A stretch of 62,223 nt of DNA, the filler included, from Nitrospirae bacterium CG2_30_53_67 (GTDB lineage Bacteria; CG2-30-53-67): NCBI GenBank assembly GCA_001873285.1. It is 6 parts of 6 records of this genome, joined end to end, with 100 filler letters (N's around TTAATTAATTAA, not from the genome) between each part and the next. Parts side by side here need not be neighbours in the genome. Positions count along the whole stretch, not along the records: positions 39,854 to 43,826 come from MNYV01000160.1; positions 43,927 to 56,691 come from MNYV01000132.1; 4 more parts are not named here. One strand, 5' to 3'. How positions within the stretch are numbered: the first letter of the stretch is position 1; each line of letters begins with the position of its first letter. Under the pieces are notes generated by a model that saw only the letters and a program-made list of their open reading frames with translations, did no database searches and had not been told where the DNA came from. The position numbers were made by a program, and so were the translations under genes. Below, piece by piece: positions 42,186-51,570 of the stretch.

Positions 42186-43538
42186 TTACTCGGCAATCGG
42201 GCTTTCCCCGATCCTGCCGAGTATCCTGGCCGCCTCGACCACCACCCGGTTGTCATTGTCTTTGAGCGCCTTCATGAGCAGGGGGTGCAGGCGCTCGTAA
42301 TCGTTGAGGCTGCTCAATGAGAGGACCGTCCGGAGCCGGACATCCGGATCCTCATCCTCGAGGGCATTCAGCATGGCATCCATTTCCCCGCTGAGATCTC
42401 CCTGGGTCAGGATGTTGAAGAAATCCATCTGCTCGACCTCGCCGAGATCGAGCGTGGGCCGCGCCATTCGCACCTTCTCGGCCAGCCCATGCCCCTCGAT
42501 GGATGCCTGGGAGAGGAGATTGACCACCCGATCCGGGAAATTCATCTTCCCGATCATGGTGGAAATCCGAGTAGGCCTCCCCTCTTCGAGTTCATAGACA
42601 CCGGTGTAGACCGCGGCCCCGTGCGTCTGGTTCTTAAGCGAGCGGTTGATCCGTTCGTACACCTCGGCAGGGGTGGATGCCAGCACGCTTTTCGGGGCAT
42701 AGAGGATCATGGCGATGACGGCGGCCGTGGTATAATCGTAGCCTGAGGCAAAGAGGTCCCCGCCCTTCCAGATCGCCTTCATCTGCTCCATGAGGAGATC
42801 CTCGGTCAGCGGGCCCGTCATGTTGAAGCTTGTGGAACCGTAGATCAGGAGCCCTCGAGAAGAGAAGACCTTCCTGAAATCTTCGCTGTCGAAGCTGATC
42901 AGGCTCCGGATCTTGTAGGCATGGTCGGCCCGGTTGAAGTCATCGAAGCTCTTGACGATCCGCTCGTTGGCCCGGACATAGTACTCGGAGAGGCTGACTC
43001 CCGGGAAAAAGTCCAGAATCTTTTGATTGTCGATCAGAACCACGCTGTTCAGGTTCTGTCTGAACAAGGTATTGACGGCCTGGATGGCGTTCACCTTGGT
43101 CAGGCTGCTTTCGCTTTCCGCAGGAAGGGTGATCAGCACGGAGATGGGCAGGTTCAGGGGACGCAGGATCTCGGCCAGGGTCGGGAGATTGCTCCCGGTC
43201 CCGCCTCCCATGCCCGCGACCATAAGAAAGAGGTCCGAAGACTTGGCCGGCTCACTGAGAACGCTCAGGATCCGGTCACGGTTGGAAAGGAGGCTCTGCT
43301 TCCCCAGATTGAGATCCCTCCCCGCTCCGCTCCTCCCGTCCAGCCCCACATGGAGCCGGAACTCCTTGGGGAGTTCTTCCAGGCTCTTGAGGTCGGAAAA
43401 CGACGTATTCAGGGCAAAGGACTCGTAGCCCCGCTTGGCGAACTCCACGGCCAGATTGCCGCCGCACTGTCCCAGGCCGATCACGCTGATCTTCAGCCTT
43501 TTTCTGAAATCCTTGAGCTTCTCTTCCGCAGGTTTCAT
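42186..43538 (-). CDS. Divergent tubulin/FtsZ-superfamily GTPase with C-terminal HEAT repeats
   Basis: IGLGQCGGN, GAGRD, AGMGGGTGS, LIDN, T7-like FDSEDF; C-term ALEDEDPDVR..ALKDNDNRVVVEAARILGRIG. Confidence 0.85.
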   Translation of the reverse strand: MKPAEEKLKDFRKRLKISVIGLGQCGGNLAVEFAKRGYESFALNTSFSDLKSLEELPKEFRLHVGLDGRSGAGRDLNLGKQSLLSNRDRILSVLSEPAKSSDLFLMVAGMGGGTGSNLPTLAEILRPLNLPISVLITLPAESESSLTKVNAIQAVNTLFRQNLNSVVLIDNQKILDFFPGVSLSEYYVRANERIVKSFDDFNRADHAYKIRSLISFDSEDFRKVFSSRGLLIYGSTSFNMTGPLTEDLLMEQMKAIWKGGDLFASGYDYTTAAVIAMILYAPKSVLASTPAEVYERINRSLKNQTHGAAVYTGVYELEEGRPTRISTMIGKMNFPDRVVNLLSQASIEGHGLAEKVRMARPTLDLGEVEQMDFFNILTQGDLSGEMDAMLNALEDEDPDVRLRTVLSLSSLNDYERLHPLLMKALKDNDNRVVVEAARILGRIGESPIAE

Positions 43539-43926
43539 GGAGATCCCCCCCCCGATGCATTCCCCCATCCCAGGGCCGCACCTCACCGCAGGGCAGAGGA
43601 AATTTCTGATGATCATCACTGAAAAGCTGGATGCGGTCCCGGACCCATCGGCCCGCATCGTATCAAATCAGGGTTGGAGGTGTCAAGGACTTCAGTATGA
43701 GTACCGGGCGTTCTCCGGACTGCTCATGACCTTTGACCGGATCGAGATTAGCCCAATAAATTTCTCCTCTCAATATTCGGGCCATTCGCCTTTTTCCCCT
43801 GAGAAACCTTCCTCAGCAAGCGCCTGNNNNNNNNNNNNNNNNNNNNNNNNNNNNNNNNNNNNNNNNNNNNTTAATTAATTAANNNNNNNNNNNNNNNNNN
43901 NNNNNNNNNNNNNNNNNNNNNNNNNN

Positions 43927-44144
43927 ACCCCTAATTCCTGCTTCCAGCGTCCCAGAACGTTGGGATGTATTCCCAAATTCCGGGCGGCCTCAGATACTTG
44001 ATACCCTTGTTCCGTTACCAGCTTTACTGCTTCTTCTTTGAATTCTTTTGAATGCTTACGTCTTCTTTGCTTGCTCATGGGACACCTCCTGAGTTATTAA
44101 TAATACACTCTTAAGAAAGTGTCCAGAAATACTCTACCACCTCA
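43927..44144 (-). mobile_element. IS3-family element left end with OrfA fragment (start 44078)
   Basis: RRKHSKEFKEEAVKLV..AARNLGI..RW HTH; end begins TGAGGTGGT..GGACA. Confidence 0.85.
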
Positions 44145-44234
44145 CCCTCACCCCACGTGGGGGAGATGGAACGTTTGAGAAGGGCAGACCCAGGTAAAAA
44201 CCATCCAAAGTCTCCGGGATATTTGATATCTCGG

Positions 44235-44273
44235 AACCGCCGATAGATCAGGCTGTTCTATCGGCGGTTTTTT
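44235..44273 (+). terminator. Rho-independent terminator
   Basis: 13-bp stem AACCGCCGATAGA/TCTATCGGCGGTT followed by a T run. Confidence 0.7.
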
Positions 44274-44347
44274 ATTTAAGAGCTCTCATGGTAGAAAGAA
44301 ACTGCGGTTGACACATTGATCCTGTTCGCGTTATAAGATTCATCACG

Positions 44348-44644
44348 ATGACCCGATCATTGAGCATTTTGACCCCCAATCCTGTATTGCCGGCCGCGGA
44401 TGTTTTGATCTATACGATAGGTCATGGGAACTGGTCTCTTGAGGATTTTCTTGCGCTTCTCAATGAATTCGGCATCCAATATCTTGTGGATGTTCGGTCA
44501 CTGCCGGGTTCACGCAAGCATCCGCTGTTCCATATCGTTGCATCTGGTAAACTGATGGAGCATCATCTCAGTACCTTGGCACGGAAACAAGGAGACAGTT
44601 TGGTCTATGACCTGCAGTCACAGAAACAACTTGAATTTGAATGA
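44348..44644 (+). pseudogene. DUF488 family gene with internal deletion
   Basis: N-term IYTIGH..LVDVRSLPGSRKHP joined directly to C-term HI..HHLS..LVY; central catalytic region absent. Confidence 0.6.
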
Positions 44645-44672
44645 GAAAGCAAAGTTATGAAATGGGAATAAG

Positions 44673-45578
44673 ATGATCCGGATCGGGACCTGTTCGTGGA
44701 CGGAGAAGAGCATGATACAGAGCGGCGGGTTTTATCCCGGTGAGGCCCGTTCGGCTGAAGAACGGCTCCGGTACTACGCCGGTAAGTTCAATACCGTGGA
44801 AGTGGATTCCAGCTACTATGCGATCCCTTCAGTGAAGAACGTCCAACTCTGGGCGGAACGCACCCCGGAAAATTTTCTGTTCCATATCAAGGCCTATGGC
44901 GCGCTTACCGGGCATGGCATTGATCCCAAGAACCTCCCCGGAGATCTGGCGGATCTGCTCCCTGCACAGGAAAAGAACAAGCAATACATCTACATCAAGG
45001 AGCCGGACCTTCTGAGGATCGTCGCCTGGAAATTCATAGAGACCTTGACCCCCCTGATCGAGTCAGGGAAACTCGGCCTGATCGTGTTTCAGTACCCGCC
45101 CTGGTTTCGGCACACCTCTGAGAGTTTCGAGTACATTTTGACCTGTAAGGAAATGGTCAAGGGGCTCCGGCTGGCCGTGGAGTTCCGGCACGGAAGCTGG
45201 CTTGCGCCGGGGAAGGCTGAAACCATGTTCCGTTTCCTGCAGGAGCACGGAATCACTTATATCTCAGCGGATGAGCCTCAATACGGCTCACTGGCCACGA
45301 TCCCATTTCTTCCAGAGGTAACCTCGGAACTCGCTTACTTCAGACTGCATGGGAGGAACAAAGGAAACTGGCTGAAGAAAGGGATCGAAACGTCTCTTAA
45401 ATACGATTACTTTTATTCCGATGATGAGTTGAGGAGCTTCATCCCCGAGATCCGGAATGCCTCCAAACGGGCCAGGCAGACATTCGTCATGTTCAACAAC
45501 TGCCATGGGGCCTCTGCGTTCAAGAATGCCTTGCGGCTCGGGGAATTGCTGAGTGAATCATCACACGGGGACGGATAG
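44673..45578 (+). CDS. DUF72 (YecE) family protein
   Basis: IGTCSW, VEVDSSYY, QYPP, VEFRH, YFRLHGR, FNN. Confidence 0.92.
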   Translation: MIRIGTCSWTEKSMIQSGGFYPGEARSAEERLRYYAGKFNTVEVDSSYYAIPSVKNVQLWAERTPENFLFHIKAYGALTGHGIDPKNLPGDLADLLPAQEKNKQYIYIKEPDLLRIVAWKFIETLTPLIESGKLGLIVFQYPPWFRHTSESFEYILTCKEMVKGLRLAVEFRHGSWLAPGKAETMFRFLQEHGITYISADEPQYGSLATIPFLPEVTSELAYFRLHGRNKGNWLKKGIETSLKYDYFYSDDELRSFIPEIRNASKRARQTFVMFNNCHGASAFKNALRLGELLSESSHGDG

Positions 45579-45625
45579 GGTCCCCTCATTCCCAACAACA
45601 GAGATAGAAAATAGCTCTTCCGGTA

Positions 45626-45756
45626 AATCCCCATCCCCTTGCGGCCTATGGCTCGGGTCCAACTGCTCATAGAGGAGGGGGCGTGGGGGAGGGGTAACCT
45701 TAAGGGTAAAAACGATTCACCCTCACCCTGCCCCTCTCCCATCAAGGGAGAAGGAA
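45626..45756. repeat. GC-rich palindromic repeat cluster
   Basis: CCCTCACCCTGCCCCTCTCCCATCAAGGGAGA, similar to 39428-39461 and 44145-44170. Confidence 0.55.
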
Positions 45757-45860
45757 CAATTTTAGAATTTCTATATCGGGATTCGGGTCATTTGACAAAT
45801 CAGGGGGGATCGGGGTAAAGTTCGACATGATACGGAATAATAAATAGATAAGGAGGGATG

Positions 45861-46430
45861 ATGATGGAGAATCAGATTATCTGGAAAACCGATCTGAAAG
45901 AGGCCCTGAAGACAAGCAGGAAGGAAAACAAACCGCTTCTGATTGATTTTTTCAACCCGGGTTGAAGCGGGTGTCAGAAGATGGGTGCAGTTACGTACCC
46001 AAGTCAGGATGTGGTTGATTTTGTGAATGCCAATTTTATCCCGCTCAAGTTCGACAGCGCCAGGGATCAGAAAAGATTTAATGAATTCAATGCCCAGTGG
46101 ACACCCACGATTATTATTTATGATCAGAATCAGAAAGAGCATCACCGTACCACGGGTTATCTCTCGCCGGAAACCTTCCTGAGCGAGATGAGGCTGGGGC
46201 TTGCCAAGATGGAATATGACCTGAAGCGTTATAACGAGGCCCTTCAGGCGTACAAACAGGTCATTCAGGCCTATCCGGAGACAGCGGCTGCGCCCGAGGC
46301 ACTCTATTTCTCGGGTGTATGCAACTATATGGCCACGCACGATCCGTCGCATCTCAAGGAGACATTCACGGCATTGAAAGAAAAATATCCCAGGAGCGAT
46401 TGGACGCGGAAGGCCGAGGTCTGGTCGTAA
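45861..46430 (+). CDS. Selenocysteine-containing thioredoxin-fold protein (USGC) with TPR tail
   Basis: AGGAGG RBS; IIWKTD..KPLLIDFFNPG-TGA(45963-45965)-SGCQKM in frame with ORF 45981; WTPT; TPR YP....APEALY. Confidence 0.85.
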
Positions 46431-46443
46431 TTGCATTTAGGCA

Positions 46444-46820
46444 CCCCCCCGGCTCTGCCGGGGGACCCTTAGAGTTTGGCCATTCCGGGAGTATGCAGTT
46501 ATTAATAGTCTCGAAATAGAATAGACATGGTTCATGAAATCTCCCCTTGCCACTCTTTTCCAAAGAGGGGGAGATTCCTCCCTTTGACAAAGGGAGGTTG
46601 GGAGGGATTTTCCATATGATGTCGTTTCTATTATGAGAACCTTAATAACCGAAATGCTTTACCCCTAACTCCCCCTTGCCCCCTCTTAGAATAAGAGGGG
46701 GAACCTCCCCTTGTAGTAAGGGGAGGAGAGGAGGGGTTAAGGGAGGGTGTTTTTAACCGTTTGCGAATAGGCCCCTTTGAGGGGCCGGCAAACGTCAAGC
46801 CTCCGGTTTTGCCGGAGGTT
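46444..46820. mobile_element. Non-autonomous IS200/IS605-like element filled with palindromic repeats
   Basis: Left hairpin CCCCCGGC-TCT-GCCGGGGG; right hairpins GGCCCCT-TTG-AGGGGCC and CCTCCGG-TTTTG-CCGGAGG; no tnpA inside. Confidence 0.55.
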
Positions 46821-46838
46821 GATGACTCGTGCTGTCTT

Positions 46839-47003
46839 AGTGGCCCTATTCGTAAATACGGTGGCATTCGAGCGCCGTAGGGCTGTCGGATCAAAGTTCC
46901 GCTCCTTGCGACGTACCACAGAGGGCACGCCTCAGTCGCGCGCCTTGATGAAACCGCCCTACGGCTCTCTCGGTGCGTCACCATATTTACGAACAGGACC
47001 ACT
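46839..47003. repeat. 165-bp imperfect palindrome (MITE), related to 51395-51549
   Basis: TTCGTAAATA/TATTTACGAA and GCCGTAGGGC/GCCCTACGGC arms; shared core CAAGGCGCGCGA..TGAGGCGT..GGTACG..AGCGGAAC. Confidence 0.7.
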
Positions 47004-47037
47004 TAGTGTCCTGGGATAAAATCAAAAGGAGATTCAT

Positions 47038-47412
47038 GTGTACGAGCTGACGGTAACCGGACGGTTCTCGGCCGCCCATCAGTTGAGAAACTATAAAGGC
47101 AAATGCGAGAACCTGCACGGCCACAACTGGAAGGTAGAGGCGACCGTTACGGCAGCGGACTTAAATGAGATCGGTCTGGGCATGGATTTCAAGGATATCA
47201 AGCATGCGCTTAACGATATTCTGAATGAGTTGGATCATCTTCATTTGAATGATCTTCCCATGTTTCAAACCGAAAACCCCTCCTCCGAAGTCATCGCCCG
47301 GTGGATTTTTGAACGTCTCTCCGAACATTTGGACAGTAAGCGTGTGCAGGTTGCCCGGGTGACCGTCTGGGAGTCGGACGATGCCTGCGCGACCTATATT
47401 CCGGAGCCATGA
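47038..47412 (+). CDS. queD: 6-carboxytetrahydropterin synthase
   Basis: FSAAH, KCENLHGHNW, LDH, NPSSE, VWES. Confidence 0.93.
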   Translation: MYELTVTGRFSAAHQLRNYKGKCENLHGHNWKVEATVTAADLNEIGLGMDFKDIKHALNDILNELDHLHLNDLPMFQTENPSSEVIARWIFERLSEHLDSKRVQVARVTVWESDDACATYIPEP

Positions 47413-47413
47413 G

Positions 47414-48121
47414 TTGGCTGCTTCCTCTCAGATCATCCTCCTCTCCGGCGGCCTGGATTCGGTGGTGAATCTCGTGATGGCCCGTGAAAAAGGGACGGTC
47501 CTTTCCTGCCTGACCTTTGATTACGGTCAGCGCTCATCCGCCCGAGAGATCACGGCCTGCCAAAGGGTTTGCGCACAGTTCTCCCTCCCGCACCGCGTGA
47601 TTTCACTTCCCTGGATGCAGGAGATCGCTTCTTCTTCTCTGATTCGGGGAAGAGGGGAGGTTCCTCGCTTGAGCAGGGAGGATCTGTCCGACGCGGAAAG
47701 AACCAAGGAGACCGCCCGCTCCGTCTGGGTCGCAAACCGGAACGGGGTTTTCATCAATATCGCCGCGGCCGTTGCCGAATCCCTGGGCGCCTCTCTGATG
47801 GTGACGGGGTTCAACCGGGAGGAAGCGGAGACCTTCCCCGACAATTCAAAGGCCTTTCTAAATGCGGTCAATGCATCCCTTGCCTATTCCACCCTCAATC
47901 AGGTTCGAGTCATCAGTTATACGCCGGAGATGGATAAAACAGAGGTCGTTCTGGCCGGGCTCAAATACCATGTTCCCTTTGAAGAGATCTGGAGCTGTTA
48001 CCACGGCGGTGAAAAGATGTGCGGTGCATGCGAGTCATGCCGGAGGCTGAAACGGGCTGTTTCGGGGACCGATGCGGAAGTCCGGCTGAGGGATCGCTTT
48101 TTCAGTGAGGGGGGTTCTTAA
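47414..48121 (+). CDS. queC: 7-cyano-7-deazaguanine synthase
   Basis: LLSGGLDS, FDYGQR, VANRN, WSCY..CGACESC. Confidence 0.93.
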   Translation: MAASSQIILLSGGLDSVVNLVMAREKGTVLSCLTFDYGQRSSAREITACQRVCAQFSLPHRVISLPWMQEIASSSLIRGRGEVPRLSREDLSDAERTKETARSVWVANRNGVFINIAAAVAESLGASLMVTGFNREEAETFPDNSKAFLNAVNASLAYSTLNQVRVISYTPEMDKTEVVLAGLKYHVPFEEIWSCYHGGEKMCGACESCRRLKRAVSGTDAEVRLRDRFFSEGGS

Positions 48122-48468
48122 GTTTGTTCTTCGATGGAATATCCAACCTTGATCAACTTCAGGAAGGTGCGGTCGAATTCATTGATATCGGAGGAGAGAG
48201 GAGGATCTTCATCCGCTTCCTTGTCCTCGTCGTCCTCGATCTCTTCGATATTCTGGAATGAGGGTGCGGGCTGTTCGGAGGAGGCTTCTTCTTCAGTGGT
48301 ATCCGATCTGTCAAAACGAGTGAAGGCGGCGAGGAGGATGTCCACCTTATATCCTTCTTCCTCGATCTGGTTGAGCGCCTCCTGGATCAAGTCATTATCA
48401 ATATAGGCCTGGTTGATGGCCCATATCAGATGTTCAGCAAGGACCTTAATGCGATGATCTCGATCCAT
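48118..48468 (-). CDS. Acidic hypothetical protein
   Basis: RBS GAGGAGAGG; acidic linker; C-term FDRTFLKLIKV. Confidence 0.65.
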   Translation of the reverse strand: MDRDHRIKVLAEHLIWAINQAYIDNDLIQEALNQIEEEGYKVDILLAAFTRFDRSDTTEEEASSEQPAPSFQNIEEIEDDEDKEADEDPPLSSDINEFDRTFLKLIKVGYSIEEQT

Positions 48469-48619
48469 GTTTATGCCTCTCCTCAGATGTTTTCGCCATC
48501 TTCTATCTAAAATCAAGGGCTTTGTCAAGCTTTTTTGTTATTTTTTTTTGACTTTTCGCATCATGCCGGAACCGGCCGGACCGTGAGCGGACAACGCCCT
48601 TGGCAGGTTTTCGTAAACC

Positions 48620-48648
48620 TTGACACCATCTTGTCATACAGGTATAGT
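48620..48648 (+). promoter_or_regulatory. Sigma70 promoter of valS
   Basis: TTGACA-17-TATAGT. Confidence 0.7.
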
Positions 48649-48720
48649 ACCGTCACTTATTTGAAAAACCTTTTGAAGAAAAAGAATCTGAAATAGCATG
48701 GATAGATAAGGATAAGATCT

Positions 48721-51381
48721 GTGTCAGGGGAAAAAAACCACAGGATACTTCAGGAAATGGATAAGGTATATGATCCGAAGATCACCGAGGAAAAATGGTA
48801 CAACTTTTGGGTCGAGAAAGGTTTTTTTCGCGGCGGTTTGGATCCGAAACGCCCCTTCTTCTCGATTGTTATTCCGCCTCCCAACATCACCGGCTCCCTT
48901 CATATGGGTCATGCCCTGAACAATACCCTTCAGGATATCCTGGTCCGGTGGAAGCGGATGCAGGGGTACAATACCCTATGGATGCCGGGGACCGATCATG
49001 CCGGGATCGCCACGCAGAACGTGGTGGAGCGCGATCTCGGGAGGGAAGGGAAGACCCGCCACGATCTGGGGAGGGACGCCTTTGTGGACCGGGTCTGGCA
49101 GTGGCGCGAGGAGTACGGCGGGGTGATCATCAATCAGCTCAAACGGCTCGGCGCCTCCTGTGACTGGGAACGGGAACGGTTTACCATGGACCAGGGGCTT
49201 TCCCGTGCTGTCCGGGAGGTTTTTGTCCGTCTGTACGAAGAGAAGCTGATCTATCGGGACAACTATATCATCAACTGGTGCCCTCGGTGTCATACGGCCC
49301 TCTCCGACCTGGAGGTGGAGCATGAAGAACTGGCCGGGAAGCTTTATTACATCCGCTATCCTATAGCCGGCTCTGAGGAGGTCCTGGTTGTGGCCACCAC
49401 ACGGCCCGAGACCCTGCTGGGGGATACGGCCCTGGCCGTGAATCCGGAGGACGACCGCTACAGGGAATATGTCGGCAGAAAGGGCATCCTCCCTGTGATC
49501 GGGCGTGAACTGCCGGTCATCGCTGATCCGTATGTGGACAGGGCCTTCGGGACCGGCGTGGTCAAGATCACTCCGGGGCATGATCCCAACGACTTCGAGG
49601 TGGGACGACGCCACGGACTCGAACAGATCAGCGTCATGGACAAGGATGCCAGGATGAATGAGGAGGCAGGGCCGTACGCCGGTCTTGACCGGTCTGAATG
49701 CAGGGCCCGCCTGCTCAAGGACCTTACGGACCTTGGGCTGATAGAAAAGATCGAGGAATACCGTCACGCCATCGGGCGCTGCTATCGGTGCAAGACCGTG
49801 GTGGAGCCGATGCTTTCGCTGCAATGGTTTGTCCGGATGAAGGATCTGGCCGAGCCTGCCATCCTTGCGGTGGAGCAGGGGAAGACCCGGTTCATCCCGC
49901 AGGGGTGGGAGAAGACATATTTCGAATGGATGCGCAACATCCGGGACTGGTGTATCTCACGGCAGATCTGGTGGGGGCACCGGATCCCGGCGTGGTACTG
50001 CGGGGAATGTTCGGGGATCACCGTCAGCAGAGAGGACCCGGACCGGTGCGCGCATTGCGGAAGCAGGAAAATCGAGCAGGAGACCGACGTCCTGGATACC
50101 TGGTTCTCCTCGGCCCTCTGGCCCTTCTCCACCCTCGGCTGGCCCGACCGGACCCCTGAGCTTGAACATTATTATCCGACCTCTGTCCTGATTACCGGGT
50201 TCGATATCATCTTTTTCTGGGTTGCCCGCATGCTGATGATGGGCCTGAAGTTCATGGGAGAGGTCCCATTCCGAGAGGTCTATATCCATGCGCTGGTCCG
50301 CGATGCAGAGGGGCAGAAGATGTCCAAATCCAAGGGGAACGTGATCGATCCCCTGACCATGATCGCCCAGTACGGGACCGATGCCTTCCGTTTCACGCTT
50401 GCGGCCTTCGCCGCCCAGGGGCGGGATATCCGGCTCTCCGAGGAGCGGATCCAGGGGTACAGGAATTTCACCAACAAGATCTGGAACGCCGCCCGGTTTG
50501 CCCTGATGCATCTCAAGGAAATCCCCGAGAAGACCGAAGCCGCTCCGCTCGAACTCTCGGACCGATGGATCCTGAGTCGGCTCAACCGGACCGCCAAAGA
50601 AGTCCTGGATGCCCTAAATGCATACCAGTTTAATGAAGCGGCGTCCTCCCTGTATCAGTTCTTCTGGCATGAGCTGTGCGACTGGTACCTGGAGCTGATC
50701 AAGGAACGGTTGTATGGGAAAGACCCTGCAAAGAAACTGACGGCCCAAAACATGCTTCAAAAGGTCATGGATGAAAGCCTTCGGCTCCTTCACCCCTTCA
50801 TGCCTTTTCTCACCGAGGAGATCTATCAGCACCTTCCCCGGCACGGCGTGAGTATCATGATCACTTCCTACCCGAAGTTTGACCCCGGTCGGAATGATCA
50901 GGCCTCGGAGGATGAGATGTCCATGATCATGGAGGCGATCAACTTGATCCGAAACGTCCGCGGGGAGATGAATATTTCGCCGGGAAAGGGTTTGCATGCC
51001 CTGATCCGGTTGAGGGATTCGAAGGCTGGAGAGGTTTTGCGCCGGCATCTGATCTATCTGCTTTTCATGAGCCGGTGCGATACCATAGAGATCGGGCAGG
51101 ATCTGGTACGACCGCCATCCTCCGCCACGTCGGTGAGCGACCGGATGGAGGTTTTTGTCCCGCTCAAAGGGGTGATAGATCTGGATGAGGAGCGCGCCCG
51201 GCTGATGAAGAACCTCAAAAAGGTCCAGGACGAGCTCTCTTCGGTCAATAAAAAACTGGCCAACGATTCTTTCATGGAAAAAGCCCCTGCAGAGGTCGTG
51301 GAGAAGGAACGGAAAAGGGGAGAGGAACTCCACGCCAAGGAGAAAAAAATCCAGGCGGGGCTTTCCGCCCTCACTTCCTGA
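48721..51381 (+). CDS. valS: Valine--tRNA ligase
   Basis: PPPNITGSLHMGH, DWCISRQIWWGH, KMSKS, C-terminal coiled coil. Confidence 0.98.
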   Translation: MSGEKNHRILQEMDKVYDPKITEEKWYNFWVEKGFFRGGLDPKRPFFSIVIPPPNITGSLHMGHALNNTLQDILVRWKRMQGYNTLWMPGTDHAGIATQNVVERDLGREGKTRHDLGRDAFVDRVWQWREEYGGVIINQLKRLGASCDWERERFTMDQGLSRAVREVFVRLYEEKLIYRDNYIINWCPRCHTALSDLEVEHEELAGKLYYIRYPIAGSEEVLVVATTRPETLLGDTALAVNPEDDRYREYVGRKGILPVIGRELPVIADPYVDRAFGTGVVKITPGHDPNDFEVGRRHGLEQISVMDKDARMNEEAGPYAGLDRSECRARLLKDLTDLGLIEKIEEYRHAIGRCYRCKTVVEPMLSLQWFVRMKDLAEPAILAVEQGKTRFIPQGWEKTYFEWMRNIRDWCISRQIWWGHRIPAWYCGECSGITVSREDPDRCAHCGSRKIEQETDVLDTWFSSALWPFSTLGWPDRTPELEHYYPTSVLITGFDIIFFWVARMLMMGLKFMGEVPFREVYIHALVRDAEGQKMSKSKGNVIDPLTMIAQYGTDAFRFTLAAFAAQGRDIRLSEERIQGYRNFTNKIWNAARFALMHLKEIPEKTEAAPLELSDRWILSRLNRTAKEVLDALNAYQFNEAASSLYQFFWHELCDWYLELIKERLYGKDPAKKLTAQNMLQKVMDESLRLLHPFMPFLTEEIYQHLPRHGVSIMITSYPKFDPGRNDQASEDEMSMIMEAINLIRNVRGEMNISPGKGLHALIRLRDSKAGEVLRRHLIYLLFMSRCDTIEIGQDLVRPPSSATSVSDRMEVFVPLKGVIDLDEERARLMKNLKKVQDELSSVNKKLANDSFMEKAPAEVVEKERKRGEELHAKEKKIQAGLSALTS

Positions 51382-51394
51382 CTGAGACACATAT

Positions 51395-51549
51395 GATGGA
51401 CTCGTAAAAAGTCCCAAGGATGGACGGCATAGCAAAAAGCTTCGGATGCAAGGCGCGCGAGTCCTGAGGAATGAGGCGTACTAAGAGGTACGCTGCAATG
51501 ACGAAGGATGAAGCGGAACGCAGCAGACGGACTTTTTACTATGCCGTCA
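51395..51549. repeat. Intergenic MITE-like repeat
   Basis: TIR GACGGCATAGCAAAAAG / CTTTTTACTATGCCGTC plus an extra end copy at 51395. Confidence 0.7.
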
Positions 51550-51570
51550 TATATGAAAGACCAGCCGATC

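Noticed and set aside
42186..43538. Calling this gene ftsZ
   Set aside because: Divergent T1/T7 motifs, no FtsA-binding tail and no dcw context
46839..47037. preQ1 riboswitch upstream of queD
   Set aside because: No preQ1 consensus seen; the structure matches a dispersed repeat
47038..48121. queD-queC as a Dpd DNA-modification island
   Set aside because: No dpdA or other dpd genes nearby; ordinary queuosine synthesis is sufficient
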